Part shown: positions 47,618-60,700 of the stretch, one piece after another | Position numbering within the stretch: the first letter of the stretch is position 1 | How the letters are laid out: the number at the start of each line of letters is the position of its first letter | The notes under the pieces: model-generated | The model's input: only the letters and a program-made list of their open reading frames with translations | What the model was told of the DNA's origin: nothing | Databases searched by the model: none | From: Blastocystis sp. Blastoise | Lineage: Eukaryota; Protista; Bigyra: Opalinata | Assembly (NCBI GenBank): GCA_039096225.1 | Contig: JBBPEB010000014.1 | Location: forward strand, 2,294,001-2,358,000 | Direction of reading: 5' to 3' | Length of the DNA stretch: 64,000 bases | Position numbers and translations under genes: made by a program

Positions 47618-50600
47618 ATGTCAGAAAATAAGTCAATATTAACAGAAGATAAATGTATGTGAGTATGATTACAATCAATTTATATGTTTTTAGATTTATT
47701 TACGTTTCAGGATGAAACGCAATTATGGATTTCAAGAGAACTTTTGGAGAAATATCCTCAATTCCCCTTTCATGATATTATTCAACACTCAGATAAATAT
47801 GAAGATGGTAGCTATTATATAGATATACCTTCAATGAGCATGGATAAAGTTATTTCTTTATTTAATGATAAAAATATAGATATTTCTTCTTTAAATCTAC
47901 GAGATAGTTATGATATATATAGAACACTTTTTGAATATTCAGTTACACTTGATAAAGAAATTCAAAGTGATTTATTATTTCATGTTGAAGAATTATTTAT
48001 TGACTATTTGAAAGCGAATCATTATGCTATATATGGCAATAAAAAAAAGAAGCATCAATTAACTATTCCTATGGAAGTATTTAATTCAGAAACTAAAATT
48101 CTTTTTATTAATGGTAATTATATTACTATTTAAAGAAAAACTAAATATATATAGGATTAATTACTTCTTTACAAATGGAATTATTATTCTATTATTCGCT
48201 TCTTATTAAAATGATGAATATTAAACAAGTAGATATAAATTGTATTTATATATTTATTTATTATAATACTAATGATATTTATAAAATATAGATGAATATG
48301 CCTCGAATATTCCATTAGAATATATATGTCCATCATGTATTAAAGATATATATCCTTCATTAAGAAAATTAACAATTTCTGGTATATAAATATATAAATA
48401 TATAAATATATAAATATATAAATATATAAATATATCAATATATAAATACATAATATATAAAAATATATAGAAACTATACATTATAATAAAAGTGATGAAT
48501 TATTGAATCCAAATACCGAGGAGTATTTGAAAGAATACACTGTGTTTTGTAATAAATATGGATATGAAATGAAAAATAATGAGACTTATGAATATTACAT
48601 GAAATCTGAAATGAAACGATATAATGAAGTTTCTCCTTTTAATAAGACTGTTGCTGAATCACAAAATTATGAATTAGATTCTTATTTTGAAAGAGTAAAA
48701 ATGAATGCTTTGCCTAAATTATATAAATGTAATATTGATGAAACTTTATATGTAAATGACTTTTCACAAATAGAAAGATCTCAAAATAATGATAGTTATA
48801 TACTTATGAATAAAATTGGTATCGAATATGATAGTATGTATTTTTGTAATAGTTTATTAATATTTCTTTTTATAGTTAAAACAGGAAGTGAAACATTATA
48901 GTATGTATATCATTTAATTATTAATAATTTGTTATGAGTAGTATTTATGAACTGAATTCTGAGTATGGTATAACTCAACTATTAAGTGTTCCTTTATATT
49001 CTTCTATTTCAGAAATAAATATATCTGGTTGTATTTGAATTTATATATTTTTAATTAGAATAACTATTATGTAGATAAGTCTATTCAAAAACGGTTTACT
49101 ATTCCTATTGTGAATGCATTTGAAAATGGTGTTTTTGATTCTATCAAAACTATAAATGCTCTATGGTGTATTTTTATTTATATTCATTAATAAATAATTA
49201 TATATATTAAAGTTTTAGAAATGCTAGAGGATAATAAATGGATACAAAAACATATTTTTCCTAATGTCACTAAATTTATATATGATGATCGTGATAGTAT
49301 ATATATATATATATAATGTATATATAATATATAGAATTTATGTCAATGTCGTTAGTCAATAAAGAAAGATTTCCTGGACTTCATATAATTCATTATGGTG
49401 TAAATTTTGGTATAATTATATAATAATTATTATTTCAAATATAGAACTAATATATTCTAGATGAATCTGATTTACAGAATTTGTTTCCTGGGAGATTCAT
49501 ATCTATGATTGATACTATTATATTGAATGATTATGATGAACGTTTAGAGAGTGTAACTCCATTTTTAGATGATTTAGCTTTTAATCATTCTATTCATATT
49601 GATGGACTCTGTATATTAAGTTTTACAAAATATACTATTTATGTTTTTTTTTAATGTTAATAATTCTTTAATCTCGATATATGATGTTATATATATAATT
49701 ATATAGATGATAACATAAATGATTTATCTCATCGTGAAGAACTATTAGAAAAGAACATAATTTCTTTGCCTGATGATCTTGAAGGTATATTCTATTTTTA
49801 ATATATATATTATTTTTAAAGTATATCTATATATTATTTTTAAAGTAAATGCTTGTGAGGAATATTATTATGATAGTTTGTTAAAGTATTATAAATATGC
49901 AGAGAATCAAAAGTTAAAGACATTTAATATTATTTTTTTATGTATATATATATGTATATACTTCTTTTTTATATTATATATAGATATATGGAGAAGAGAT
50001 GATGATTATGATATTGAATATAGAGAAAGAAATGGACTTGATAAATTTGAAGAAATAACTAGTGACAATGAAGAAATAACTAGTGACTATGAAGAATATG
50101 AAGAAGTTCACGATACACCTATTGGTGATGACATGGAAGATGATTTAGAATTACTGTTTGAAAGTAGCTCATTAGATCATTTAGATAGTTTTTCTTTTGA
50201 ACGTATGCTATTTTTAGTATTATTATTAGAATTAGAATAATTCTTACTTTGATATAGTAGAGCAAATATGTACGAGAAAACTAAGATGGATAAGTAATCT
50301 TTTTAATCATAATACAATAGGATGTAACGAATTGAATGTTAATTGTATATAAATTGATAATATTTTCTATATATATATATAGTAAAACAAATAGGTTCAG
50401 AGTCATCATCCGAATATTTCTCAATGATTCAAGATATCCTTAAAAAAATCATTCCTAAATCCTCTGATGTGTCTCTAAACGGTATTTAAATTTAAATCAT
50501 ATTGTAATTACTTTATATATAAAGGGATACCCCATTATAATATTATTGAAGGTTTAATAGAGAATGGCTATTTTCATAATACGGCACAATTAAAACTAGG

Positions 50601-51305
50601 TATAATAAATATATATGATTATTATTATTATAAAGATTTCTATTGTTATTATTGATAAATATAATGAAATTCATTATAGAATTACGTAATTTTTCAATTA
50701 GTTCCTTTTTTGAACTATATACAAAGAATAATTTTCCACAATTAAAGAATATTGATATCTGTATATATCTATAAGAATTTTGTGTTTGATAGATTAAAAT
50801 ATATATTATTTACTTAAGTATTAACAATAATATATATATAGCATGTAGTAAAATATCATTTGAACCTTTTATGGAAACTTTATGCTTATGTTTAAGAAAA
50901 GACAGCTTTTTATCTTCAACTACAGTTTCATTAAATGATAATATATGTTATAATCCAAGTTATTCCATTCTTCAATGCAAATATTCTTTGATGACACCAA
51001 TGGAATCTATTATTATTGACAATAATGAAGATGTATCTAAGTATCAGATAGCTATATTATTAGATTGTATTAAAGAAAATAAAGTTCAAGATTTGAAATC
51101 TTTGAAGATATACTTTTATGAAACTGAATTACTTACAAAAATCATTGATATTGTTACTACTCAAAAGATTCCAAAATTGAAAGAGTTTCTTTTTATTTGT
51201 AATTTCAATATTTCTGAACAATTAATTAATACATGCAAGCAACAATTAAAAGACTCGCCATTTATACAAAACAATCATTTACGTTATAAGCTTTTAAAAC
51301 TCTAA
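47618..51305 (+). CDS. Gene C': paralog of gene C (BTB-like + LRR-like)
   Basis: MSENKSILTEDK|YLFTFQDETQLWIS...; shares YASNIPLEYICPSCI.DI.PSL and the C-terminal KIPKL.EF...QQLK.S.FIQ.N with gene C. Confidence 0.75.
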
Positions 51306-52618
51306 TTTTTTTCATTAATTACGTTTTTTATTTATATTTATTATATATATATATATTAATTATTATGAACTTTTTTAAACATTATATTTAAATGGTATAT
51401 TTTTATATTATTGATGAAATACTATTAATATGGTCTTGCTTATATTATATAATACTTATATATACTCACAATTCCAAAGAGATCTTTTTATAAGTGTAAA
51501 TTATCAAATCAATTATTTTTCTATTCATTATCCATTGTTTTATGTAAAAGTATAAATTAAATATTTTATTAATATTATCATAAACACTTAATAATGAAAT
51601 ATAAACACATAGATAGGCGTGAAACTTTAAAAATATATATATAATATCATAATTGTTTTTTTATTTTATATATTTAGTTGAATGTATAAGTTTCTAAACA
51701 TCATATAGTAGGCTTTTAAATATAGATAATAAATGTGAACAAAATGGTTATTATTAGTATGTATTTAGAGTCAAAATTATGGTTTTATATATATTTTTTA
51801 ATTCTTGATTGTATTGAAACATTAGAAATAATATATACAAAAGTAATTTGTAATAATCAAATTATTCTATTGCTTTTAAGACAGCTGTCTTGACAATAAC
51901 TGAATGATACTTTCACATAAACTATACTTGACTTTATATAAACCAAAATACAAAATTAAGATTTCAAAAATACACATTTGATCACCAATCTCAGTGAAAA
52001 TTGTCACACAGCAATTCCATCAACTGATTTAAGAAGTAACTGGAAATAATTGGAATGATTATAAAAGGAAGTAAGGCAATCATAATATAGATAGGTGATT
52101 CACACGAATAATAATTGTTTAAAGAATAATAAATATCAATTGAAGCTCAAATAGATCATATGAAGAAGACTTGACACAAAATGCTAATAAAAAAAGATAT
52201 TTAAAAAGGATTCATGAAGATTATTAATATTCAGAATACTTAAATTAATCATAAATATAGAACAGACTTACTACTATAGCTAACGAAAAAAAGAATGACA
52301 ATGAGTTGTTTATTGTAATCTGTTTTAATGCTATTTTTGTAAATCACACAATTTATAAATATTATGATTTAATAATCTTATTAAAAATATAAATTAAATG
52401 AATAATAAAGATATTTAATGAATGAATTAAAAAGTTGATTAAAATCATGATTTATTTTAAAATGAAAGCTATAAAATGAAAATAATTATATAATGTTAAA
52501 ATAAAAGTGTTTAAAAATATTTACGATTATTATTAAATTTTGAGTTATAAAAGAAAATAGTTTCATAATTTAATTAAAAGAAGCTTTCATATTTATTTTA
52601 TTTCTTTTATTGTTTAGA

Positions 52619-54156
52619 ATGGTGAAAGAGAATGTAGGATTTGATGCTGATAAGATTGGTGATATTCAGAAGGATGTAATTCATTTTGAAAGACTGATTG
52701 GTGATTTGATTGGTATTTTAAGTAAGTCAATAAGTTTTTGTGTTCATTCAGGTGAGTCAGTGAATGAATTAGTGAATCGATTAACAAGAAATTGTGATGG
52801 AATGAATGATAAGAATGGTGTTGATCCACATATAATTATCCAAGAATCTTCATATGTTCATGAAAGTGATTTAAATATGAATAAAAATGATAATGGAATT
52901 GATTTTATTCGATTTACGAATGCAGGTCCAGTTTATTCTCTTCCTAAAAGAATAACAAATAGTTTAGTAGGTAGTTTTATTTATGAAGCTTCTCAAGAAG
53001 ATCAAAGAGCTAATGATGGTACTATATTTATTGATTATCATGGTGATGAAACAGTTGCTCCTTTATTAATTGATTCTTTAATGAATAAGAAAGTGAATAT
53101 TGATAAATTAAGTTTTGATGATCAAATTGATTTATTAAGAATGTTTGATTACTGTAGTTTACCAATTCCTAAAGAATTTGTAAAATATTCATATAGATTT
53201 AGAAAGAATCATATTATGAAACACTATGAAGAAGGTGATGATGTTATTCTTTATATAAATGATAAGAAAGATGATATACTAAGAGATTATTTAAAGAAGA
53301 ATGGATTATGGAATAATATAGTAAATGAATATAGTGATGGATATGTAGATTATGATGAAAAGAATAATGAAATGTATATGAATATGAATTATACATATAT
53401 TGATCATATTGATGAATATATTCAATATAATTATATTTATATATCTGAAGAAGAAACAAAAAATATAAATAGAGAATTATTAGAGAATGAAATGTATAGT
53501 TTATTTGGTGATACAGGAAAAGAAAAGGTAAAAGAAGGAATGATGATTCCTCAATATTTTGTTGGCACAAAAATAATAATGAATTATTCAGTGGAAATAC
53601 ATTTAGTGAATTGGCTTGGTAAAGAAAAGAAATGGAAATTATTATTTAGAGCAAGTGAACATGATTACTTAGCAAGTGAATTTCATAGATATTGTGATAA
53701 TAAAAGAGAAACAGTAACTATAATCAAACATACAGGTCATAATAATAACATTAATATATTTGGAGGATATACAGATCAAAATTGGGATAGTTCAAGTTGT
53801 ATATTTATTTTATTTAATCATTCAATATGATTTATATAGGTTGGAAACCTTATTCTAAAGAATTTCTATTTATATTTAGCAATGAACATAATATTCCTCC
53901 TACTAAATATGAATATATAAATAATGATAAAAAATATGGTATATACTGTTATTCTTCTAATGGTCCATCATTTGGAAATGGCCATGATATCTATATATCT
54001 GATCAATGTCATAGTAATACCGATTCTTATTGTTCTGCATCTTCTTATTCTGAAGTGAATACTCCTCAAAAATCATCATTATTTGTAAATACTAATAGTG
54101 ATAATTTTACGAATAAATTTACAGTAGAAGATTATGAAGTCTGGGGAAGAGCATAA
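52619..54156 (+). CDS. Gene B': BTB-like + TLDc protein, close paralog of gene B
   Basis: Colinear with B. A 41-nt GT-AG intron at 53799-53839 joins the two ORFs in frame. Confidence 0.9.
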
Positions 54157-54751
54157 AATGGGATAATACATTATGATTTCTTTTTGTTTTATTTTTTAAT
54201 ATATATTTTTTTTCTTTTCTTTCTTTAGAAAGGTTTTTTCAATATATATTATCTTTTTTTAATGAATCAAATACATAAAATAGTTGTGTTAATTGCTTCT
54301 TAAATATGATTATAATAATAAAAGATAATCAATATAATTAATACATAATTTTTTCAATCATAACAAATAGATAAAAATTTCCAAACATTTTGTGGCACTT
54401 GTTGTGATTGTCATAAAAAAACTACTGTATATTAATTTATATAGAAAATGTAAAAATTTTTCATCATCAAAAAGTTACGAAAGTGTCACATTTTGTATGA
54501 TAATTGTACCGCCGAAAATAATATTATTTTGAAAGACACTGTATTAAAAAACATTTTTATTAAAAAATATTTTAAAATAATATTTAAATAATATGAATAA
54601 TTATTTGAAAAAGTAACTAAACAATTTTCTCAATGTTTAATATGACTATTATAAAACAAAACCAATAAAATATTATTATTATATTAATCATGAATAATTA
54701 TTAAAAAATAATAATATATATATATATGAAATTATATATAAAGAAAAAAGA

Positions 54752-57700
54752 TTATAATGTAACATTTTTTTCAACTTTAACAGTTTCAACTTCTATTTTT
54801 TTGTGAGGTTTTAATTTCTTTTCTTTCTTTTCTTTCTTTATATTTTTTAGAACAAATATTAATATCAAAAGTATAACAAGAATGACAATAACAACAATAA
54901 GAATAATTGTTGTAATTGAAAGAGAATTACCTGTTGATACTATTTTTCCATTAATTGAAGTATTAGTAATATTTTGAAGATTAGAATCATTACTTGTTTT
55001 ACATGCTTTAAGAAGAATAGAATCAATACCAGTAAATAGTGTATTTATATCATTCTTTATATTATCTTCATCAGCTTGATTAGCAGTTATTCTTACATTA
55101 ACTGAAACACCATCAGTATAAGTAGATATACTAGAAACACTAATAATCTTTACAGCAGATGAAGGAATAGAATAACTAGTAAGTGATTGAACAATAAGTG
55201 TTCTAAATGTTTCAGTAGTAGAAGGAGTATTAAAAGCAGCTTCAGTTAATCCTTCAAGTTTTATAGGAATAGCAATAAATACTTTATTATCACCTGGATT
55301 TTCGCTGGCAGCAAATACATAACATTCAGAACTATCAGCAATTTGCCAAGAAGCAGTACCAACACCTGTATTTTGACAAACACGACTTTGAATACCTAAT
55401 TGACCAGAAGGACATTCAATATAAGCAGTTATATCTCTTTCTGTAATAGGCCAATTATCATCAGAAGGACAATAAATAATACTTATCGTAATAGTAATAG
55501 TAGCAGTAGATTCTCCTCTAGCATTAGAAGCAGTAATAGTATAACTATTAGAAGAAGCTGAAGTAGGAATACCATATATAAAGCCATTTTGAGTATTAAA
55601 TATTAATCCATCAGGAAGAGAAGGAGATATAGTTAAAGGATTAAGATTACCACCTGTAATAGAAGCCATAATTGGAGTAATAATATCATTCTTATAGCCA
55701 GTAATAGTATTTGTATTATAAGAAATGGTAGGATTCTTTAATTCACAATTATTAATAATAGTATCCCAAACAGCAGGATATTCAAGTTTACATAATCTAG
55801 TTCTAAATCCTTCATAATTAATAGGATCTTCACAAGGTAATGTAATTTGGTTACCAATTTCAGTCATAGACCAACCATTTTCAGCAACACAAGAAATAAT
55901 ACTTATCGTAATAGTAATACTAGCAGTAGATTCTCCTCTTGAATTAGAAATAGTAATAGTATAACTATTAGAAGAATCAGAAGTAGGAATACCATAAATT
56001 AATCCAGTAGTAGGATTAAATGATAATCCATCAGGAAGAGAAGGATTAATAGTTAAAGGATTCAAATTACCTCCTGTAATAGAAGCTATAATAGGAGTAA
56101 TACCAATATTTTTATATCCAGTAATAGTAGTAGTTATATAAGAAATTGTAGGATTCTTTAGTTGACAATTATTAACAGCATCTTCCCAAACAGCAGGATT
56201 TCCTAATAAACATAATCTTGTTCTAAATCCTTCATAATTAATAGGATCTTCACATGGTAAAGTAACTTGCTCTCCAGCTTCTGTAACAGGCCATATATCA
56301 TCCATTATACAATTATAAATATTAATAATAATATTAATAACAGCATTATCTTCTCCTCTTGGATTTGATACAGTAATAACATAAGAACCAGAAGAAGAAG
56401 AAGTAGGTGTACCATATATTTGACCATTTTCAGTATTAAATACTAATCCATCAGGAAGAGAAGGATTAATAGTAATAGAATTCAAATTACCACCAGTAAT
56501 AGTAGCATTAACAGAATTAATAGCAATATTTTTATAACCAGTAATAGTTGTTATATCATATATAATTGAAGGCATTTTTAGTTGACAATTATTAATAATA
56601 TCTCCCCAAACAGCAGGATATTCAAGTTTACATAATCTTGTTCTAAATCCTTCATAATTCATAGTATCTTCACAAGGTAAAGTAATTTGTTGACCAGCTT
56701 CTATAGATGGCCATATATCTTCCAAAGGACAATTAGTTGTGTTTATAGTAATAATAATACTTGTAGTAGTTTCTCCTTTTTGATTAGAAATAGTTACGGT
56801 ATAAGAACCAGAAGAAGAAGCAGTAGGTGTACCATATATTAATCCAGTAATAGAATTAAATGATAAACCATCAGGAAGAGAAGGAGATATAGTTAAAGGA
56901 TTCAAATTACTTCCAGTTATAAGAGCAGTAATAGGAGTAATAGGAATATTTTTATATCCAATAGTTGTAGGTACTGTATATATTATACTTGGCATTCTTA
57001 ATTGACAATTATTAACAACAGAATCCCAAACAGCAGGATAACCAAGTTGACAAGATCTTGTTCTTGATCCTTCATAATTAATAGGATCTTCACAAGGTAA
57101 TGAAGCTTCTTGACCAATTTCAGTAAGAGGCCAATTATCTTCAGAAGTACATAAAACTAATTCTATAAAAATCATGATAGTAGTAGAAACAGAACCAGCA
57201 GTATTCATAGCAGTGATAGTATATGTAGTAATATCAGAATTTGTAGTAGGTGTACCAGAAATAACACCATTAATTTGATTAATAGTAAGACCATTAGGAA
57301 GAGCTGGATCAATAGTATATGTCAATTCAGCACCAACTATATCAGGAGAAAGTGATACAGGTATATTTTTATGATAAATAAAAGGAGAACCAGTATAAGA
57401 AAGATCAGTAGGAGCGACTACAGTACAAAACTGTTGAATTTCACCAAATATACCACCAGTACATAGTCTTCTTTGAATACCAGTATATTCGATAGAACAT
57501 TTTTGAAATGAATAACTTCCTTCAATAGCAGGCCCCCAAATACCATCAGCTACACAAGAAACAACCTTATTATTAATGTATAAACCAAATTCAGATAATT
57601 GAAAATAGGTATCACCACACAGAAGAGTATCAAGATCAGAATTATCACATTCAGTAGTGATAAATCGATAAGAATTATAAGGTTGAAAAGAATAGAAATC

Positions 57701-60700
57701 ATAAGAGAATGTTTTTCTGTGTAAATTAAAAAATTGTTGGTGTTGAAAGTCTAATAATATCCAAGTAGCACCATTATCATTAGAACCTTCAATTCTCCAA
57801 CTAGAAGGAGATCTCCGATTACAATATTCACCATTAGTAACCTTATAATGATTGATAAATTCTTTACGACCATTATTGAAAGTATATTGATAAATAGCAC
57901 CAACGCATCGTGGACCACTAACAACTGAAGTATCTATTTTATTATCAAATAACATATCAGTACCTTCATCGCCAGTCTTTTCAATATCAGACCAAGCAAC
58001 ACCATCAGATACTCTGTATTCACCAGAAGCAATAAAAGAAACAACACTTGTGAAATTATTGGTAGTAGAAAGAGTATCTTTCTTATGAATCTCAATAGCT
58101 ATAACATTAGTACCAACAACAAGAATAGGATTAATAAGTGTAGAAACAGAACTAATAAATACAGTACTAGAAGTATATTCAGCAGTAGCAGTAGTATTAT
58201 AATTAACAAAACCAGTAGGCATATTAATTCTTCTGATTTCATTACCATTAAGATAAACAATCATACCAGCATAAGTACTAGCACTAATATCAATTCCAGC
58301 AAAATCAGGATTAATAGTAGAAAGAGTGAAAGTAGTTCTATAATATTGAGTATTACCAGTAGGAACAGGTAAAGATCCAGAAATACCAGAAGTCCAAGCA
58401 ACATCAGAGAAAGAATCAAGATTCCAACCAGAAGGAACCTCACTATCAGAATCCAAGTATTTCCAAGTATTAGAACTAGAAATAATTCTACCGATGCTTA
58501 GAATAACTGTCTTAGGAGATACACGTTTAGTAACAGTACCAGAAACGAGAGGAGTTGTATCATCTTCAATATAAACAGAATAAGCACTAGCACCAAAATT
58601 GTCATTCTTTATATCAGACATAACTAAAGAATAAACACCAGTAACTTTACAATAGACGAAATCTTGTGTAGAATAATCAACACTAGTAGATCTTGAATCA
58701 ACAACTACACCAGTAGAGTCTTTAAGAATCCAAGAAACTTTATTAGCATTAGTTTTATAATCGAAAGATAATTTGAATAGGTTATTAGGGAAATTACAAG
58801 TAAGTACAGAGATAGTAATTGTAGCAGTTACAGGAGTACCTTGAATACTCTTAGCAGTAATAGTATATACAATAGGAGATTGGAGTTGAGTAGGAATACC
58901 GTTTAAGTAGCCATTGGAAGAATCCATAGTAATACCAGTAGGAGGAAGAGGAGTAATACTAAAATCATAATAATATTCAGAAGAAACTAAAAGATCAGGA
59001 ATTATAGCATCCTTATAAGCAACAAGATTAGAAGGAGTGAAACTAAAATCAGGAATAACAAGAGAATTAATATCTTCAATTAAAAATTCCCATTCAGAGA
59101 AAGCATATTTATTATTCTCTTCAATAACAACAGCTTTAGTAACAGCAATCTTATAATTAGTATAAGCTTTAGTAGAACCAAGAGCATAGAAACATTTTTT
59201 TTGTTGTCTTTCTTTCCAAGAATTATTAGTTTGAGAAGTAATAGAAGTCCAAGTAATACCATCCATAGAACCATAAATAGTCCAATCTGCAGGATCATGA
59301 CTAGGAGCATCTCTGTTGGAATAAATACAATATTTATTCATATAAATAGCTCTCTTATTATTAAATTGAACGGAAACCCATTTTTCACTTACAGAATCAT
59401 GAATAGGAGTAATCCAACGAGTATAAGGATTAGAATCAAAAAGATTAGCAGGATCACCATCTGTAAACACACCACTAGAAGCATAATAGCCATCAGAAGC
59501 ATTTTGAATGACATTAGAATCGCCAAGAAGATGGAATATACCATCGAAATCAAGTTTATAAGAACCAGTACCAGAATTAACAAGAGCAATAGCTATAGTA
59601 ACACTATTGTCATTAGAAAGAGTAGTCATAGGACCCGATACTGATCTCCATAAGAAAGAAGAATCACCATCAGTAGCAACAGTAGTTGTAGTAATTTCAC
59701 CAGCAGCAATATTATATCTATAGACTTCATTACCATTTACATAAATAACACAGCCAGCTTTAGATTTAAAGAATAATTCCCAACCAACCATATTCGTCTT
59801 AGAAATAATAGTAAAAGTACTTCTAAGAAGAATAATACTTTGAGTAACAGAAACAAGAGGATTATAGTAAAGTTGAGACCAAGATACATCAGAGAAAAGA
59901 GCAGTCTTCCAATTAGCATCAGTAGGAGCACCTTGTTGATATCTCCAAGCAGATTGAGGAGCAAGATCAAGACGAGTATTAACATAATAAGTAGTAGTAG
60001 TACCAGTTAATAAATACAAGCGAGCAATTCTATGTTCAGTAGTAAGATCATATTTTATAGAAACATCAAGATAAGCACCTTTTTCCCAGCCATCATTATT
60101 ATCATCGAAAAGAACAAATTTCCAACGACCAGCAGGTTGACATTCATTTAATAATTGATTAGCACCATTATTAACACCAGTAACAGTAATAATTTGAGTA
60201 TTATCTTCAGTATAAATAACAACACGTTCATCTTTAGAAGTCGATTTATTCACTTTAGTAATAACTACTTGAGCCATAGAAGGTTGTTGACAAACAATAA
60301 CACTAATAGTCATAGTAAAAGAAGTAGCAGCATTAGTAGCACCATCAATAGCACTAATGGTATAAGTTTTAGTGGGTGAAGTTGTAGTTACAGAACCATA
60401 TATAATACCATTATTAGAATTAAAATTTAATTCAGTAGGTAAAGCAGGAGTAATAGTATATGTATGAATACCACTCGAAATAGGAGCAATAGATATAGAT
60501 GGATCATTAGTATGAATATTAAGAGTATGAGAAGGATATTGAAGACCAGGAGTAACAAGAGGTTGATTTGTAACAAAAGTACGAATTTCAGATAATTGAG
60601 TAATACTTTCACCATTATTAGATAATATATCCAATTTAATTCTATTATAAGATTTTCTATTAGAAGGAATATTAAATATATAATTAGTACTTCTAGCAGC

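Noticed and set aside
54535-54543. TA-CAGTG (Tc1-like) end where flank homology stops, suggesting the C-B cassette is itself a transposon
   Set aside because: No convincing partner TIR upstream of C or C' (only a 7-bp match at ~46530), and the 7248 copy lacks the TA.
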